This document shows, one piece after another, positions 14,910 to 27,632 of a stretch of 64,000 bases of DNA. The DNA is from Lama glama (taxonomy: Eukaryota), in the NCBI GenBank assembly GCA_028534125.1, contig CM052816.1, positions 78,494,001 to 78,558,000 on the forward strand, read 5' to 3'. The position numbers and the translations under genes are program-made. Numbering within the stretch: position 1 is the first letter of the stretch; each line of letters opens with the position of its first letter. The notes beneath the pieces were generated by a model. It was not told where the DNA came from, did no database searches, and saw nothing but the letters and a program-made list of their open reading frames with translations.

Positions 14910-15455
14910 TGTGGTAGGCAGTCTGTAAGATGGTCCCCAAAGATGCCATCCTCTTGGTATTTACACTCTTGTATAACTCTCTCCTCGAGTGTGGGCTGAA
15001 CCTAGTGATTTGCTTCTAACATAGAATACAGCAAAAATGACAAGTCCTTCTGAGGATAAGTTACAAAGAGACTACTGTTTCTGTTGAGTTTCCTCTCTTA
15101 CTCTAAGGGAAGTTGGCTGCCATGTTGTGCGCTGCTCTATAGAGAGGTGTTCCACATGACAGAGAACTGAAGTATCCAGCCAATACCCAGTCAAGACCTG
15201 TAGACCACCAGGAGCCAAGCTTGGAAGCAGATCCTCTGCTAGTCAAGCCTTGAGATGACTGCAGCTTCCACCGATGCCTTCACTGTAGGAAGACTGTAGC
15301 CTTGTGAAACACCTAGAATTTAGAACGCACCCAGCTAAACTGCACCCAAATGCTTATTTAGCTCATAGGAGTTGTGAGACAATTTTTACTGTTTTACTGT
15401 TTTAAGTTGTGTAAATTTGAAGTAACTTGTTATATAGCAATAGATAACTAATACA
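14910..15455 (+). mobile_element. MaLR solo LTR (MLT1F-like)
   Basis: TGTGGTAGGCAGTCTGTAAGATGGTCCCCAAAGAT...cttggaagcagatcct...ttgttatatagcaatagataactaatACA. Confidence 0.88.
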
Positions 15456-16679
15456 GTTTTTGAAAAAATTCCTAAGAATAATTTAATTTACAGTATACTA
15501 ATAGTTCAATAAAATCCCTTTCACAGAAACTAACATATAGCACTATCATATTTATAAGCATTTCTATTCATATTATCTCTATTGAACTCCATAAAAAAAT
15601 TCTATGCACAATGTGGAATGTGTAAGAACAAATATAATTCTGACTTATATCCTATATTTAAGGATCTTAGAATTTAATCTAATATGCTCCTTTCTATATT
15701 CAAATTCTTAAATAACTTGTTTACTCCTACATATATGCCTTATCTATGAGCACATCTTTTATTAAGTTTTTTCCTCCTTTCTTAAATCTTTTTCCCCAAA
15801 GGACAAGGATGTCAGAGGACTTCTTGGAAAACCCTAGTAATCATCTTGAGATGCTACAGAATCACCTCAACTATTAATGTGTCTGAAAGAAATTGGCTGA
15901 GAGGAATGATTTTTCATCATCTAACGAGTAGTCTAAAATCACAAAGCAAATGACAGTAACTCAGAGAGAACAAGACTGAAATAAAGTCCCTCAACACTTA
16001 CCTACAAGCCTACTTTTAGCTTGTTTGTATGACTCAGTCAGTCCAAATATTTAGTGAGATCTAGTGCCAGAAACTGAACTTAGTGCTGAATTTAATTGAG
16101 GTGAATAAAACATGGTCCACCATCGCTCCTAACTCATCCTGTTCTGTCAAGGATTCCCAGGACAGGGGAAGAAGACAGAAGATTGTTACAATATGATATA
16201 ATAGGTATTATAATAAAGGTAAAAGAGAAAAATATGGGCAAATAGACAAGGTAACAACAAATCTTGCTTAAAAGAGACAAGAAGACATCACAGAAAAGGT
16301 GGAGTTAGTTGGAACTTGAAAAATGAATAGAACTTGTCAGGTACGCTGCCAGATATAAGGAAAATGAGAATCCAGGAAAAAGACTAAGTCATGCAATGCA
16401 AATGAGATTCCTTTGGATTCCCTTCAGAAGGCTCATGGCTAAGGCAAATGAATCAGCCTTTCACAACCTCATTTAATCACTTAAAAAAAAACTAAGTATA
16501 TATCATATGCCTGGCACTTGTGCAATACTCAAATCCTGTGCTAGGTAACAAAAACAAAGCAATAAACACATTACTAAGTTCCTAACCGCAGGGAGCTTAG
16601 AGTCTAGCTGAACTTAAGGGGGAGCAGCCATTCATTTGAATTACGTCAACTGTGAACCACTCATGAGATTTCCCTCTTT

Positions 16680-16852
16680 AAATCCTTAGAGCCAGTCACA
16701 TTCTCTGTAAGCATCAGTATTCTAATTCGTAAAGTGGGGATAATACTGTATGTATACCTCAAAGGACTGTAGTGAGGATTAAATAATGCAAGTAAAATAT
16801 TCAAAACAGTGAGCTCAATAAAAGCCGTTACTGCTATTACTATTATTGTCAT
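16680..16852 (+). mobile_element. MIR
   Basis: gtaaagtggggataata...gtgaggattaaataatgca...gagctcaataaa...tattactatt. Confidence 0.78.
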
Positions 16853-18224
16853 CATTGTTAAAAATAAGGCAATTAAAGGTTTTAACGAAGAATTCTTCTG
16901 TTTTCTAAATCGTAAAGAAGGAACTGAAAGGACTCCTTTCTATTTAGCATCTTCTACATTCTATAAACAAAGCGTAAGAAGTGATAACGTTATTATCAAC
17001 TAAGGCATTAAGTACCCTCATGTCTGTCATAATGGCCCCCTAAAAGAGTTCTGAAAATAATATCTAATCTATCTGCAGACATAGTCTTTGATGATACATA
17101 CAATCGAGGATTGATCTGAGTAGTAGCAGGATTTTAAACTCTGTGTATATGTGTATTTAAGAAGTAATATTGAATAACTCAGGCAGAAAGCCTTAATTAA
17201 TTCACTATGGGCCTAAAATAAAAATCTGATATACACTGGAAGGGATGTTCTCAAGAGCATGAAGTAAGAGACTTGTAGTAACTAATGAGGAGGAAAGGAA
17301 GAAGTGATGGCCTGAAATGATGAAATAAATAATCATAGGAAGGGTGACTGAGGCTTAAACTTGAAAAAAAGCTCACAAAATTGGGAGCCAAACATATCTT
17401 TTGACAGAAGATTCAGAAAGCAATTCTTTGGAGGAAGTCCATTATTAGTTATTTTAAACCTATTTAAAAAATCATTCTTTAAAGGGCACAACACCATCCA
17501 AACTTTCGGATGATTTCTTTAAGCTAAATTCTGTTCTACAAAATCCTACTGTTCAAAGCTCAGCAAACTAAACACAATGCAAAGATTTGCACTGAATGTG
17601 GAATTCCCCAAGATCGGTATAACACACAAAAAAAGCAAATGATATAAAACATTCTTAGAGGCCCAATCAAAAAGAAATATAATACACACTAGTTTTTAAG
17701 TACCTATAATGCAATCCCATTACACTTATTTTTTATGCTGGTAAGATCTAAGGTAAAACAGAAGTCTTCAACACAGAGAAAACAACTTAGAATTATTTTA
17801 CTCTTCTTAACTCTTACCCATCCTCTCTTTAAGTTATAACTTCTTGTCCTAAAATTATTCAAGGAACTTTCCCAGGACTTCCTCTTTTACTGAGTCTATT
17901 AACTTCTGAACCCAAAGGCTGACTGTGAGTTTCAAGAGCCAACTTTCCAAAGGACACCAAGGAAATTTTTGAGACCACAAAAGCTGAGTAATACAGCAAC
18001 ATTAAAAGAATGGGCAAATACTATATTCGATTTCCAAAAGCAAAGACTTGAGATTTTTCTGAAGTAAAATGAAAATTCAATTTTAAAATTCTGCCTTAAA
18101 TCTTATTTAATAGTTATTTATAGTTTAAGGATCCAAGGCTTATTAACTGTAATTTTATCAACCTGGGTGTAAGCTCCTCAAAGGAAGTGGAGAAGCAGTA
18201 TTTGTATAGTAATTAAGATTTCAA

Positions 18225-18400
18225 AACTAGGTTTTACAATCAGAAAAACTTGGGTTCAAATTCGCCTTCCTCTGGTATAACCTGTGTAACCTTGACTTCC
18301 TAAGCTTCAATTTCCTCACCTGTGAAATGCAAGTATCAATTCCATGAGGTTTTTTTCTAAGAGTGTTAAATATGAGAATAATATATAGAAAGCTTTTGAT
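18225..18400 (+). mobile_element. MIR
   Basis: ttgggttcaaattc...cttcaatttcctcacctgtgaaatg core. Confidence 0.7.
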
Positions 18401-19679
18401 AAAGTTTTGCTTTAAAGAGGGAGAGGGAACAGGAAGAACTATCCTACCCATCTTCATATCTATTACATAACACCTAAAGGTTAGTGATAAGAACAACATT
18501 AATGATAACAGAAGCTAAAACTTACTCCATAAGAACACTTTTAAGGTACTTTTGCACTTAATCCTTGATCAAGAGAACACATCATAAGCTGACTAAAGGA
18601 TATCTCTTCATTTCCCTAATTACTAGTGAGGTTGAACATCTTTTTATATATGTATTTACCATTTTAGGTTCAATTCTGACTCAGATTAAAAAACAGAAGT
18701 TTGAATTTGAGGAATAATAACTATCACTGTTTCTCATTTTTGTTCCTAATCAGCAGATATATCTACTTATATCATAGTTTGTACTAACAAAATTCAATTT
18801 ATTAATCTTGCCTCTCTTCCCTCTAACCCTCATACCTTCTTACCTACTTTGCCTAATCATTCTTTTTCTCCCTGCACCCCACATGGCTCAAGCTCCCCAG
18901 GTGTACTAATGAAAACCCACTTATTGACTAGTAGAAGACAAAGACTTTAGAAATTACTAACAGAATTTATTTTGCATCCATATATACACATTGTTAATAT
19001 AAGCATTTACTTATTCCTGCAAAATACATTTGAGATGGCTCTTACTACAGGTAAAGTATATTGCTTTAACATGGTGATCATCCACTGTCAATTGGGTGTG
19101 TTTCCTGCGGACCCCAAATTCACACTTCACCGCAGTATGACACACTAACAATATATATGCTTATAATTAATCTGTTTTTGCAGTATAACTGGAATTGTTT
19201 TAAAGGACAATTTTTCTTATTTTCAATTTTCAACCTCTTTACAGTTTTATTTCTTCTTGGAATGCCCTTATTCCATGTGGAATAAATTCAGAATAAAGTC
19301 TGCATAACTCGATGAAGGAAAGTATCACCCATATCTGGGTGATGGGGCCTGAGGGAACACAACTGTCACCCAGATTTGGGTGACATAGCAATGAACATGT
19401 TAAGTACTTGGCCACAATTTCTCAATTTTTAATCTTACATGACAGCTGCATAGCATTAAATAAAAATTTTAACATGTGACCACAACTTTTCTTCTGGGCT
19501 ATCTAATCTTACTTTTCATATGTGCACAAGTTTTTTCCAAGTCACAAAGTAGTAGAATTGGACAAACAGGAAAAATTCTATCTTGTAACTACTGTTGGCA
19601 AGTAGCATTTGGAAGGGGAGAAAACAGCAGAGTGAACCATACTGAAGAATAAACATAAGTTGTTCCTAGAAAAAGGAGT

Positions 19680-21475
19680 ATGAATTAGAACTAACAAAGG
19701 CATTCAGCAAGGTTGTAAGATACAAGATCAATATATAAAAATCAACTGTACTTCCATAGCCTGGCAATGAACAATCTGAAAAATAAAGTTAAAAAAATCC
19801 CATTTATAATAGCACCAAAAAGAATACAATGCTTAGGAACACATTTAATAAAGAAGTGCAATGCTTGCACACTGAAAAGTACAAAAAATTTTCAATGAAA
19901 GAAATTGAGGTCTAAAAAACAAGCAGGCATCCCATGCTCATCGATGGCAAGTCTTATTAAGATGGTGATACTCAATACTTCCCCAAATTAATCTATAAAT
20001 TCAACATAACCGCTATCAAAATTACAGCTCCCCATCTTGTAGAAATGGACAAAATGACCCTAAAATTCATATGAAAATGCAAGAATCCAGAATACAAATA
20101 CACCTGGAAGAACAAAGTTGGAGGGTTCATACTTCTCATTTTCAAACCTTACTACAAAGCTACAGTAATCAAAATAGTGTGGCACTGGCATAAGGCCAGA
20201 CATATAGATCAATGTAATAAAATTGAGAGTTCAGAAATAAACTCATATTTACATGTAACTGATTTTTGACAAGGATGCTACAACCACTCAATGGGAAAAT
20301 AATAGTCTTTTCAACAAATGGCAATGGCATAACGAGACAGTCATATGCAGAAGAACGAAGCTGGATCCCTACTTCATACTATATGCAAAAAATTAAAAAT
20401 TAACTCAAAATAGATCAGAGACTTAAAGAGCTGAAACTAACTATAGGTGTAAATCTTCATGACCTTGAATTAGGCAACGGTTTCTTAAACATGGTATCAG
20501 AAGCACAAGTGATCAAAGGGAAAAAAACAGATCAATCAAACATCATGAAAATGGAAAGCCTTTGTGCTTCAAAGGACACTATCAAGAAAGTGAAAAGATA
20601 ACCCACAGAACGGGAGAAAATATTTGTAAATCATATATCTGATAAGGGACTTGCTATCCAGAGCATATTGAAAAGTTATAATTTAAGAATTAAAAGATAT
20701 ATAATCCAATTTAAAATAGGCAAGAGATTAGAATAAACATTTCTTCAAACATATATAAATGACCAATAAGCAAATGAAAAGATGCTCAAAATTATTAGTC
20801 GTTAGGGAAATGCAAATCAAAGCCACAGTAAGATACCACTGCACACCCACTAGGATAGCTATACTCAGACAGTTAACAAGTATTGAAAAGGATGTGGAAA
20901 AGTGTAAAGCTCAAAGACTGTTAATGGAAATGTAAAAGTCATGTAGCCTCTTTGGAAGAGTCTAGCAGTTCCTCAAAGAGTTAAGCATAGAGTTAGCAGA
21001 TGACTTAGAAATTTCATTTCTATGTACCTACACAGGGGAACTGAAAACACAGAAGCATTATTCATAATTGCTAAAAGGTGAAAACAACAAAACATCCATC
21101 AACTGACAAAAGGTTAAGTAAAATGTGGTATACAAACAATGGAATGTTACTTGGCCATAAAAAGGAATGAAGTACTTACATATGCTATAATGTGGATGAC
21201 CACGTGAAAGAAGCAGGGTACAAAAAGGCCATATTGTATGATTTCACTTATATGGATAAGGAAATTCACAGCAACAGAAGGTAGATTAGTGGTCACCATG
21301 GGCTGGGGGAAGGGAATAATGGAGAGTGACTGCTAATGAATATGGGGTTTCTTTTGAGGGGGATGAAAATGTTCTGGAAGTAGACAGTGATGACGATTGT
21401 ACAACTTTGTTAATATACTATACACCATTGAATTTCTACCATTGTACATTGTAAGAGTGCATTTTATGGTCTGTG
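19680..21475 (+). mobile_element. LINE-1 fragment (L1MB-like), decayed ORF2 3' part plus 3' UTR
   Basis: Typical L1 motifs: ttcagcaaggttgtaagatacaagatcaatat, tactacaaagctacagtaatcaaaatagtgtgg, agggaaatgcaaatcaaagccaca, gatgaaaatgttctggaa. Many stops and indels. Confidence 0.92.
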
Positions 21476-22790
21476 AGAATGTGAGATACTTTCCAAACCT
21501 TTTCAAACCAGTTCAGATAAGTCACTTAAATTATTAGTAAACACTTGCTAAAAGCCTGCTCCAGACAAGAAACTTTGTAAGGTACCACAGGCAAATCCTA
21601 CCCTCAAAGTGTTTATAATCTGATTGACAATATAAATAATGTGAAAATGAAACAAAATAAACTGTAGCTTGATATACAATAAAAAAATGTGGTGACTCAG
21701 CATATAACTTAATATAACTAACTCCTACACACAGGTATGTATTAGAAAAGGAAGAGATCACATGAACTGGAGCAGGAGCAAAGAGGGAAAATATTGTAAG
21801 CTTAAAACCAAAACAAAACCCTAGGTGACAAATATGCTATCTCCCTCCATTACCACCAAAACCCCCTAAGATCTTGATAGAAAGAAGGCAGGATTTGGAT
21901 AGATGAAGAGAAAAGGAGGTAAATGTTTTTGATTAAAAGGTGTTAAGTAGGAAAATACAAAATGAGATATTAAAATATAGTGGATGCAATTTGTATATAT
22001 TGTATATGTTTGTATATTGTCATATATAACAGTACAGTACAATACGTTTAGAGGCATAATTAACTTTAGATGTCAGAGGTGAGTTGAATCAAGCTCCCCG
22101 TATAAACAGTTATTATTTGGGATACTTCACTTGATTTGAGGTATATAGCTAAGCTGTTTGTGGAGTACTTATTTCAATACCAGATGAACTTGGGCTGATA
22201 TGATTACTTTTTCTTTGCTTGTTAAAAACATCTTGCTAATAATTCATTGTCACAAATTAGCAGATTTTTATTTAGAAATATACTTGACAAATAAATGTTT
22301 TCATCAAATCACAATTAGAAAACTAGCTGTCAGCTAATAAAAATAATAAATATTTGCTGAGGACTTACTGTAAGTGCACAGCATAGCTTCAAGCATTTTA
22401 CACATCACTCTTAAGCAGGGTGCATCCAACATATACAAAATAAGACAATTTAACTTTAGCGTAAACTTTTTAAACACAAGTACCCTTAGGAACAGATCAG
22501 TCAGTTCATCATTTTTTATTTTATTCTAAGTACTGTTGCTAACTGTTATTTGATTTTTTTTACTTCAATTTTCTCATCAATTCTTTTGCTAAGTTCATTT
22601 ATAGTATCTGCTACTCTTCTTTCCTCAATTTTACTACATCTTCTCTATTATCAAGCAACTCCCTTCCATTCTTCAGAATTCAACACACCTCTCCATTTTA
22701 TCACTATTTTTAATTCTAATTCACTAATAACTCTGCTCACAATGGTTCCTTGATCCTTTATGCTTCACAGATGATGTTTTACAAAATTGA

Positions 22791-22793
22791 AAA

Positions 22794-22836
<43 letters not shown>
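22791..22836. repeat. (AAAT)11 microsatellite
   Basis: Perfect tetranucleotide run read directly. Confidence 0.97.
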
Positions 22837-23874
22837 GGCATCTTTTAGGTCTCTTTGAGAAGGAGGCTGAAAAAAAGTTCTAGCCTCAAATGCCTAGAAT
22901 TCATTGCTGAACACAGTAATTATTCAGTTAACTCTTGCAGAATGATGTTAAAAAGCCAAAGGGACTATTTAAAAGAGAAACTTATAAACTTATCTTACAT
23001 CTCCATGAAAGGGTTATAGTTTGAAAAAGTTCCCTAGGTGATTAACAAGTCACCACTCTAACCAAAAAAAAAAAACAAAGAAACAAACAAAAAAACTCCA
23101 CCATCACAACAAAAACAAAAAAGTACATTTGCTTAAATGTACTCAGCTCCTAGGAAAGCACTCAATTTTCATTTTGACATTATGATACTGGTCAATTATT
23201 TCTGATGAATCAGTTTGATTCCTTCAAAATTATTCCTGCATACGATACTTTTGAAAAGCTACCGCTCTTCCTTTTTTTGTTTAATTATTCTAAAGGTAGA
23301 TCTTCAATTATATTTGTAAAGATGATTCCCTCATGAGCAAAGTAACATGTTCTCACCAAGGATTTCATAATATGTATGTATTTAGTATAAAACCAACTAA
23401 AGAAGCAGTCTTCAGATTAAGCTGGATAAACAAATACACCAGGAAGATGCTAGGAATAGTCTTATACAACAGAAAATAGCTGTACAAGAACATTCACTTT
23501 GTTATTCTAATTTCACAGTAATATAGTCAATATACTGGAAAACAAAGACTCAAGAAGAAATGATATTATTATCGTCTGGTAATTTAAACCAAGTAAGATT
23601 TAAAAAAACAAAAACACAAAACAAAAACACATGGTATCTACCATACTACTTTTAACCCTGATTTAAGACTGTTTGGAGAGATCTTCTAGATCAATCTTGA
23701 AAGTAATTTTCAAATAACCGTTAGTATCTACAACAATCTGACCAAATCACTAAATTTTTTAATACCTATTCCATCCAAAATGTGAAAAGCAATAGTGTTT
23801 GGTAGACTGTATTCTTATTTATAAGCAGCTTAAAGTAGTTTAATTTACATTGGCTTTAAAAGCTATGTGTTAAT

Positions 23875-24441
23875 ACGACTATTTACAATAGCCAAGACAC
23901 AGAAACAACCTAAATGTTCATCAACAGATGAACAGATGAAGATGTGGTGTATATATATATAATGGAATATTACTCAACCATAAAAAGAATGAAATAATGG
24001 CATTTGCAGCAACACAGGTGGACCTAGAGATTGTTACATTAGTGAAGTAAGTTAGAGAAAAGACATATCATGATATCACTTAGATGTGGAATCTAAAAAA
24101 AAAAGATAACAAATTTTATTTACAAACCAGAAACAGACTCATAGACACAGAAAATAATCTATGGTTATTTTCTATAGGGAAGCAGTAGGGAAGGATAAAT
24201 TAGGAGTCTGGGATTAACAGATACACACTACTATATATAAAATAGATAAACAACAAGGACCTAACTGTATAGCACAGGGGACCATATTCAATTTCTTGTA
24301 ATAAGCTATAATTACAATCTAAAAAGAATCTAAAAAAAAAAAAGTATGTATGTATGTATGTATAACTGAACTGCTTTGCTGTACAAGTGAAACTAACATT
24401 GTAAATCAACTACACTTCAGTAAAAAGTAAAATTAAAAAAA
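23875..24441 (+). mobile_element. 5'-truncated artiodactyl/camelid LINE-1 3' end with TSD
   Basis: Begins ctatttacaatagccaagaca and ends gtaaatcaactacacttcag plus an A tail. TSD TAAAAGCTATGTG(T/C)TAAT at 23857-23874 and 24442-24459, at a TTT/AAAA endonuclease site. Confidence 0.93.
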
Positions 24442-24689
24442 TAAAAGCTATGTGCTAATTCTAATTATGGATATACATATCTATATCAAAACTATAACAA
24501 TAAATTGAATATTATCTTGGATATTCTCAGTTAAGGTAATAAAGTAAACTTAGGATTTCAACATGGTTTTAGAGTTAAATTTTATATATACTTAAAAAAA
24601 GTCTATATAAATTTAAAATATTGTCCTCATAAAATTCTCTAATAGACCAATTCATAATTATGTACTTTGTCAAAGAAAAGCCTGATGTT

Positions 24690-25712
24690 TTCTCAGCTCT
24701 GAGAACCTGAAGTATTTAAACTCCCATATCCACCACACACCTGAATGTCCCATAGGTTTGTTAAACTTAACATGCCTCAAACTGTAGTACCACCTCTCCA
24801 TGTTCTTCCATATTCCCATCATTCAATTCTTATAGCCTTCTCCTCTTATATTCCAGATCTTAGTGAATGGAACTTTCATACTTCAGGGCCCACAAATATA
24901 AACTTGAGAATCAAACAGTCATCCTCAACTCTTTTCATTCTCCATTACTCAATCCACCTACATGTAAACATCAAACTGTATCCAGGCTAATTTCTTAACA
25001 CTTGTTATGGGTGTCCTCTTCCATAGTCGCAATGTCTTAGATAAGGACCTCATCAATTCCTAGATGGCCTCCTTAGCCTCTTTTTTCCCTGCCTACCACC
25101 TAATTTTTATATCGCTGCCAAAATTTTTTTTCAAAATACAAAGTATACTTCATTACTGAATAATTTCTTCATTCCCCAATGCCTTTAAAATCAAATCAAA
25201 TGCAAAATTCTTAAAGGCATATACACTCCTTCATAATCTGGACCCTGACCCTCTGTGTAGCTTCAAATCTTATTGATATGCCCCCTTTTCAACCCTATAC
25301 TGATAATCTAAGCATTTGCATTTTCTAAAATTAAACTATTGCCCCAGACTCCCAAGTCTAGCAACTCTGAAGTTTTTGTTTCATTTTGTTTTAATGGACA
25401 TAACTGGGGATTGAACCCAGGACCATGTGTATGCTAAGCATGCGCTCTACCACTGAGCTACTACCCTCCCCCCAGACTCCCAAGTCTAATTAATGGTTTT
25501 CAAAACTTAATGCATCTCTAGTCTAAATTAGGTGATCCTCCTCAGTGCTCCTACTGCTCCTTCTTTGTTAATCTTGATATTGCAACAAATTCTTTGTTTA
25601 TCTGTCTACATTAGACTATAAGATCCTTGAAGGCAAGAGTGAAGTCTTTTATTCCACCACTTGTAATGCCTTAGTTCCTGATACAGGAAACACTCAATGT
25701 TTGATGAACAAG
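24690..25712 (+). mobile_element. LINE-2 3' region (interrupted by SINE)
   Basis: cacctgaatgtcccatagg...aaacttaacatgcc...tagactataagatccttgaaggcaagag...cactcaatgtttgatgaa. Confidence 0.72.
25361..25473 (-). mobile_element. tRNA-Ala-derived SINE (Vic-1 type) inserted in an L2
   Basis: Reverse complement reads GGGGGGAGGGTAGTAGCTCAGTGGTAGAGCGCATGCTTAGCATACACATGGTCCTGGGTTCAATCCCCAG. Flanking direct repeat AGACTCCCAAGTCTA at 25346-25360 and 25474-25488. Confidence 0.88.
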
Positions 25713-27414
25713 AGAATAATTATGAGATCAAGGCCACACTATCAAGGCCACAACATCACACTAGATGTTTCATATTTCCAATATTAGGACTTATTATAGA
25801 ATCCACCTAAAAAGTGACTTTTCTTTTTACCAATCTAAAATCTTACCAACTTTTTTCCTGCAGATAAGACTGATGATCCTTAACTGCAAGAGTATCTCTA
25901 GAACCTACTCCCTTTTTTCATTTATCTAAATTCCTTTTTTTCCCCTTTTGTTTTTGAGTTTTTACTAGTCCATAAAAATCCTAAAACCTGAGAAGCCTTT
26001 CAGTTTACAGTTGAAGAAATGGGCTTAATGACTGGTCTAAATGTCACTTGGCTAGTAGCTAGTTTAAATTAGATTCTATGCTAATTTCACTACATAATGC
26101 CTCCAAATGATAACCTCAGTTTGAAAAACCCTTAATTTTTATTTTGAAGAGGTTAAAAAAGATATTGAAAAGGGATCACAATAGTGGAGAAGAGGAACAT
26201 TCAAACGACCTAAGAATAATCTTAATAGGAAAGGTGCATCTGTATGAAAGAAATGCATTCACTGAATGAATTAAGACATGAATGAAAATAAAGATTATGG
26301 AAGGATAAGACTATTTTTGGAAATATATATTAAGAGCCATAAAAATATTCAACTTTTGGCCCAACTTCCACTAATCAGATTCTATTCTAAGTGAATAAAG
26401 CCCCCAAAGGGGAAGAAAAAACTATATATAAAGATGTTCCACTAGCTCATTTTTGTACAGAAAAAAAGTGAAAGTAAAATGTCCTAAGTAGAATGACTAA
26501 GGAAATTATGGTTTATCCACTGACAAAATACAGGGTAACATTTTAAATAGTTATAAAAATCTGTATAAAATTAGGAAAATCTTTATGATATAACCTTAAG
26601 AGGAAACAGGACCAGGTACATATACTTATATCATAAATACATATTTAATGATAGTTACATTCACATAAATATTGTAATTAAAAACCTAGTAGGAAAATAA
26701 AATGTGACATTACAGATACTCTATTTTCCAAATAGCACGTGTTTCTTTTTTCCCCCACACTGCCACTACAATTAAAGAAAAAGAGAGAAAAGCTTTAACT
26801 TTGAGGTTCTCCAAAATTTTTTAAGTTCTAAATTCCACAATTTGGCATTACCTAATACCAGAAAACTATAAGTAGTTTTGGTTCCTAGAAAATTAAGGGA
26901 ATGGAGAGTTGCTGAACTATGAAATTTTTATGAAGAACACTAAAATTTTGTTCGCTATCTTATCTTCTAGTTGAAAACAGAATCACTAAAACCATTACGA
27001 TAATGAGCATAGGTGGCAGCATGGCTCAACAAATAGGTAGCATACTAGAGATTCAGATACTAAATTTCATCCTAGGCAGTCACAAGCTTATTGTAAAAAA
27101 TTAAGTCGTTTAAAATTTATAGTGTTTAGGCCCCCTCATCTCAATACTGAGAACATGCAATGGCACTTTGACATACAGTTAAAAAAAAAAAAAAGTTAGA
27201 AATGACTAAAGAACTACAATACCTCTCCCTTTCCCACCAACACCTCCCAAGTCCTACTATGCATATCTGGATTACATAGGTCATTTTAGCCCTGAGCCTA
27301 CTAAATTGCCCCTTACCAGTGAAGATGGACGTCCAGAGGTAATACTTGAAACCAGAAGCAAAATTGAAGTGGGTATAAAAGAATAGAAAAAATTCAAAAA
27401 CACTTCTGCATATA

Positions 27415-27632
27415 TTGGGAGTCCGATATTTGCAGATACTAACTACTATATATATAATAGACAAACAAGTTTCTTCTGTATAGCACAGGGAACTATACTC
27501 AATACCTTGCAGTAACCTATAATGAAAAAGAATATGAAAATGAATATATTTCTGTATATGTATGACTAAAACATTACGCTATACACCAGAAATTGATACA
27601 ACATATTAAACTGACTATAGCACAATTAAAAA
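27415..27632 (+). mobile_element. Short LINE-1 3' end with TSD
   Basis: tgtatagcacagggaactatactcaata motif and A tail. Imperfect TSD AAAAACA(C/G)TTCTG(C/T)ATATA at 27396-27414 and 27633-27651. Confidence 0.88.

Noticed and set aside
19324..19385. CRISPR-like repeat-spacer-repeat reading of the twin palindrome
   Set aside because: Only two units, mammalian intronic context and no cas genes.
19680..21100. Functional L1 ORF2 / reverse transcriptase (also 49265-50200)
   Set aside because: 5'-truncated and full of stops and frameshifts; the ORF track shows nothing of 60 aa or more there.
25727..25752. ATCAAGGCCACA direct repeat with 14-bp period
   Set aside because: An ordinary small tandem duplication with no further structure.
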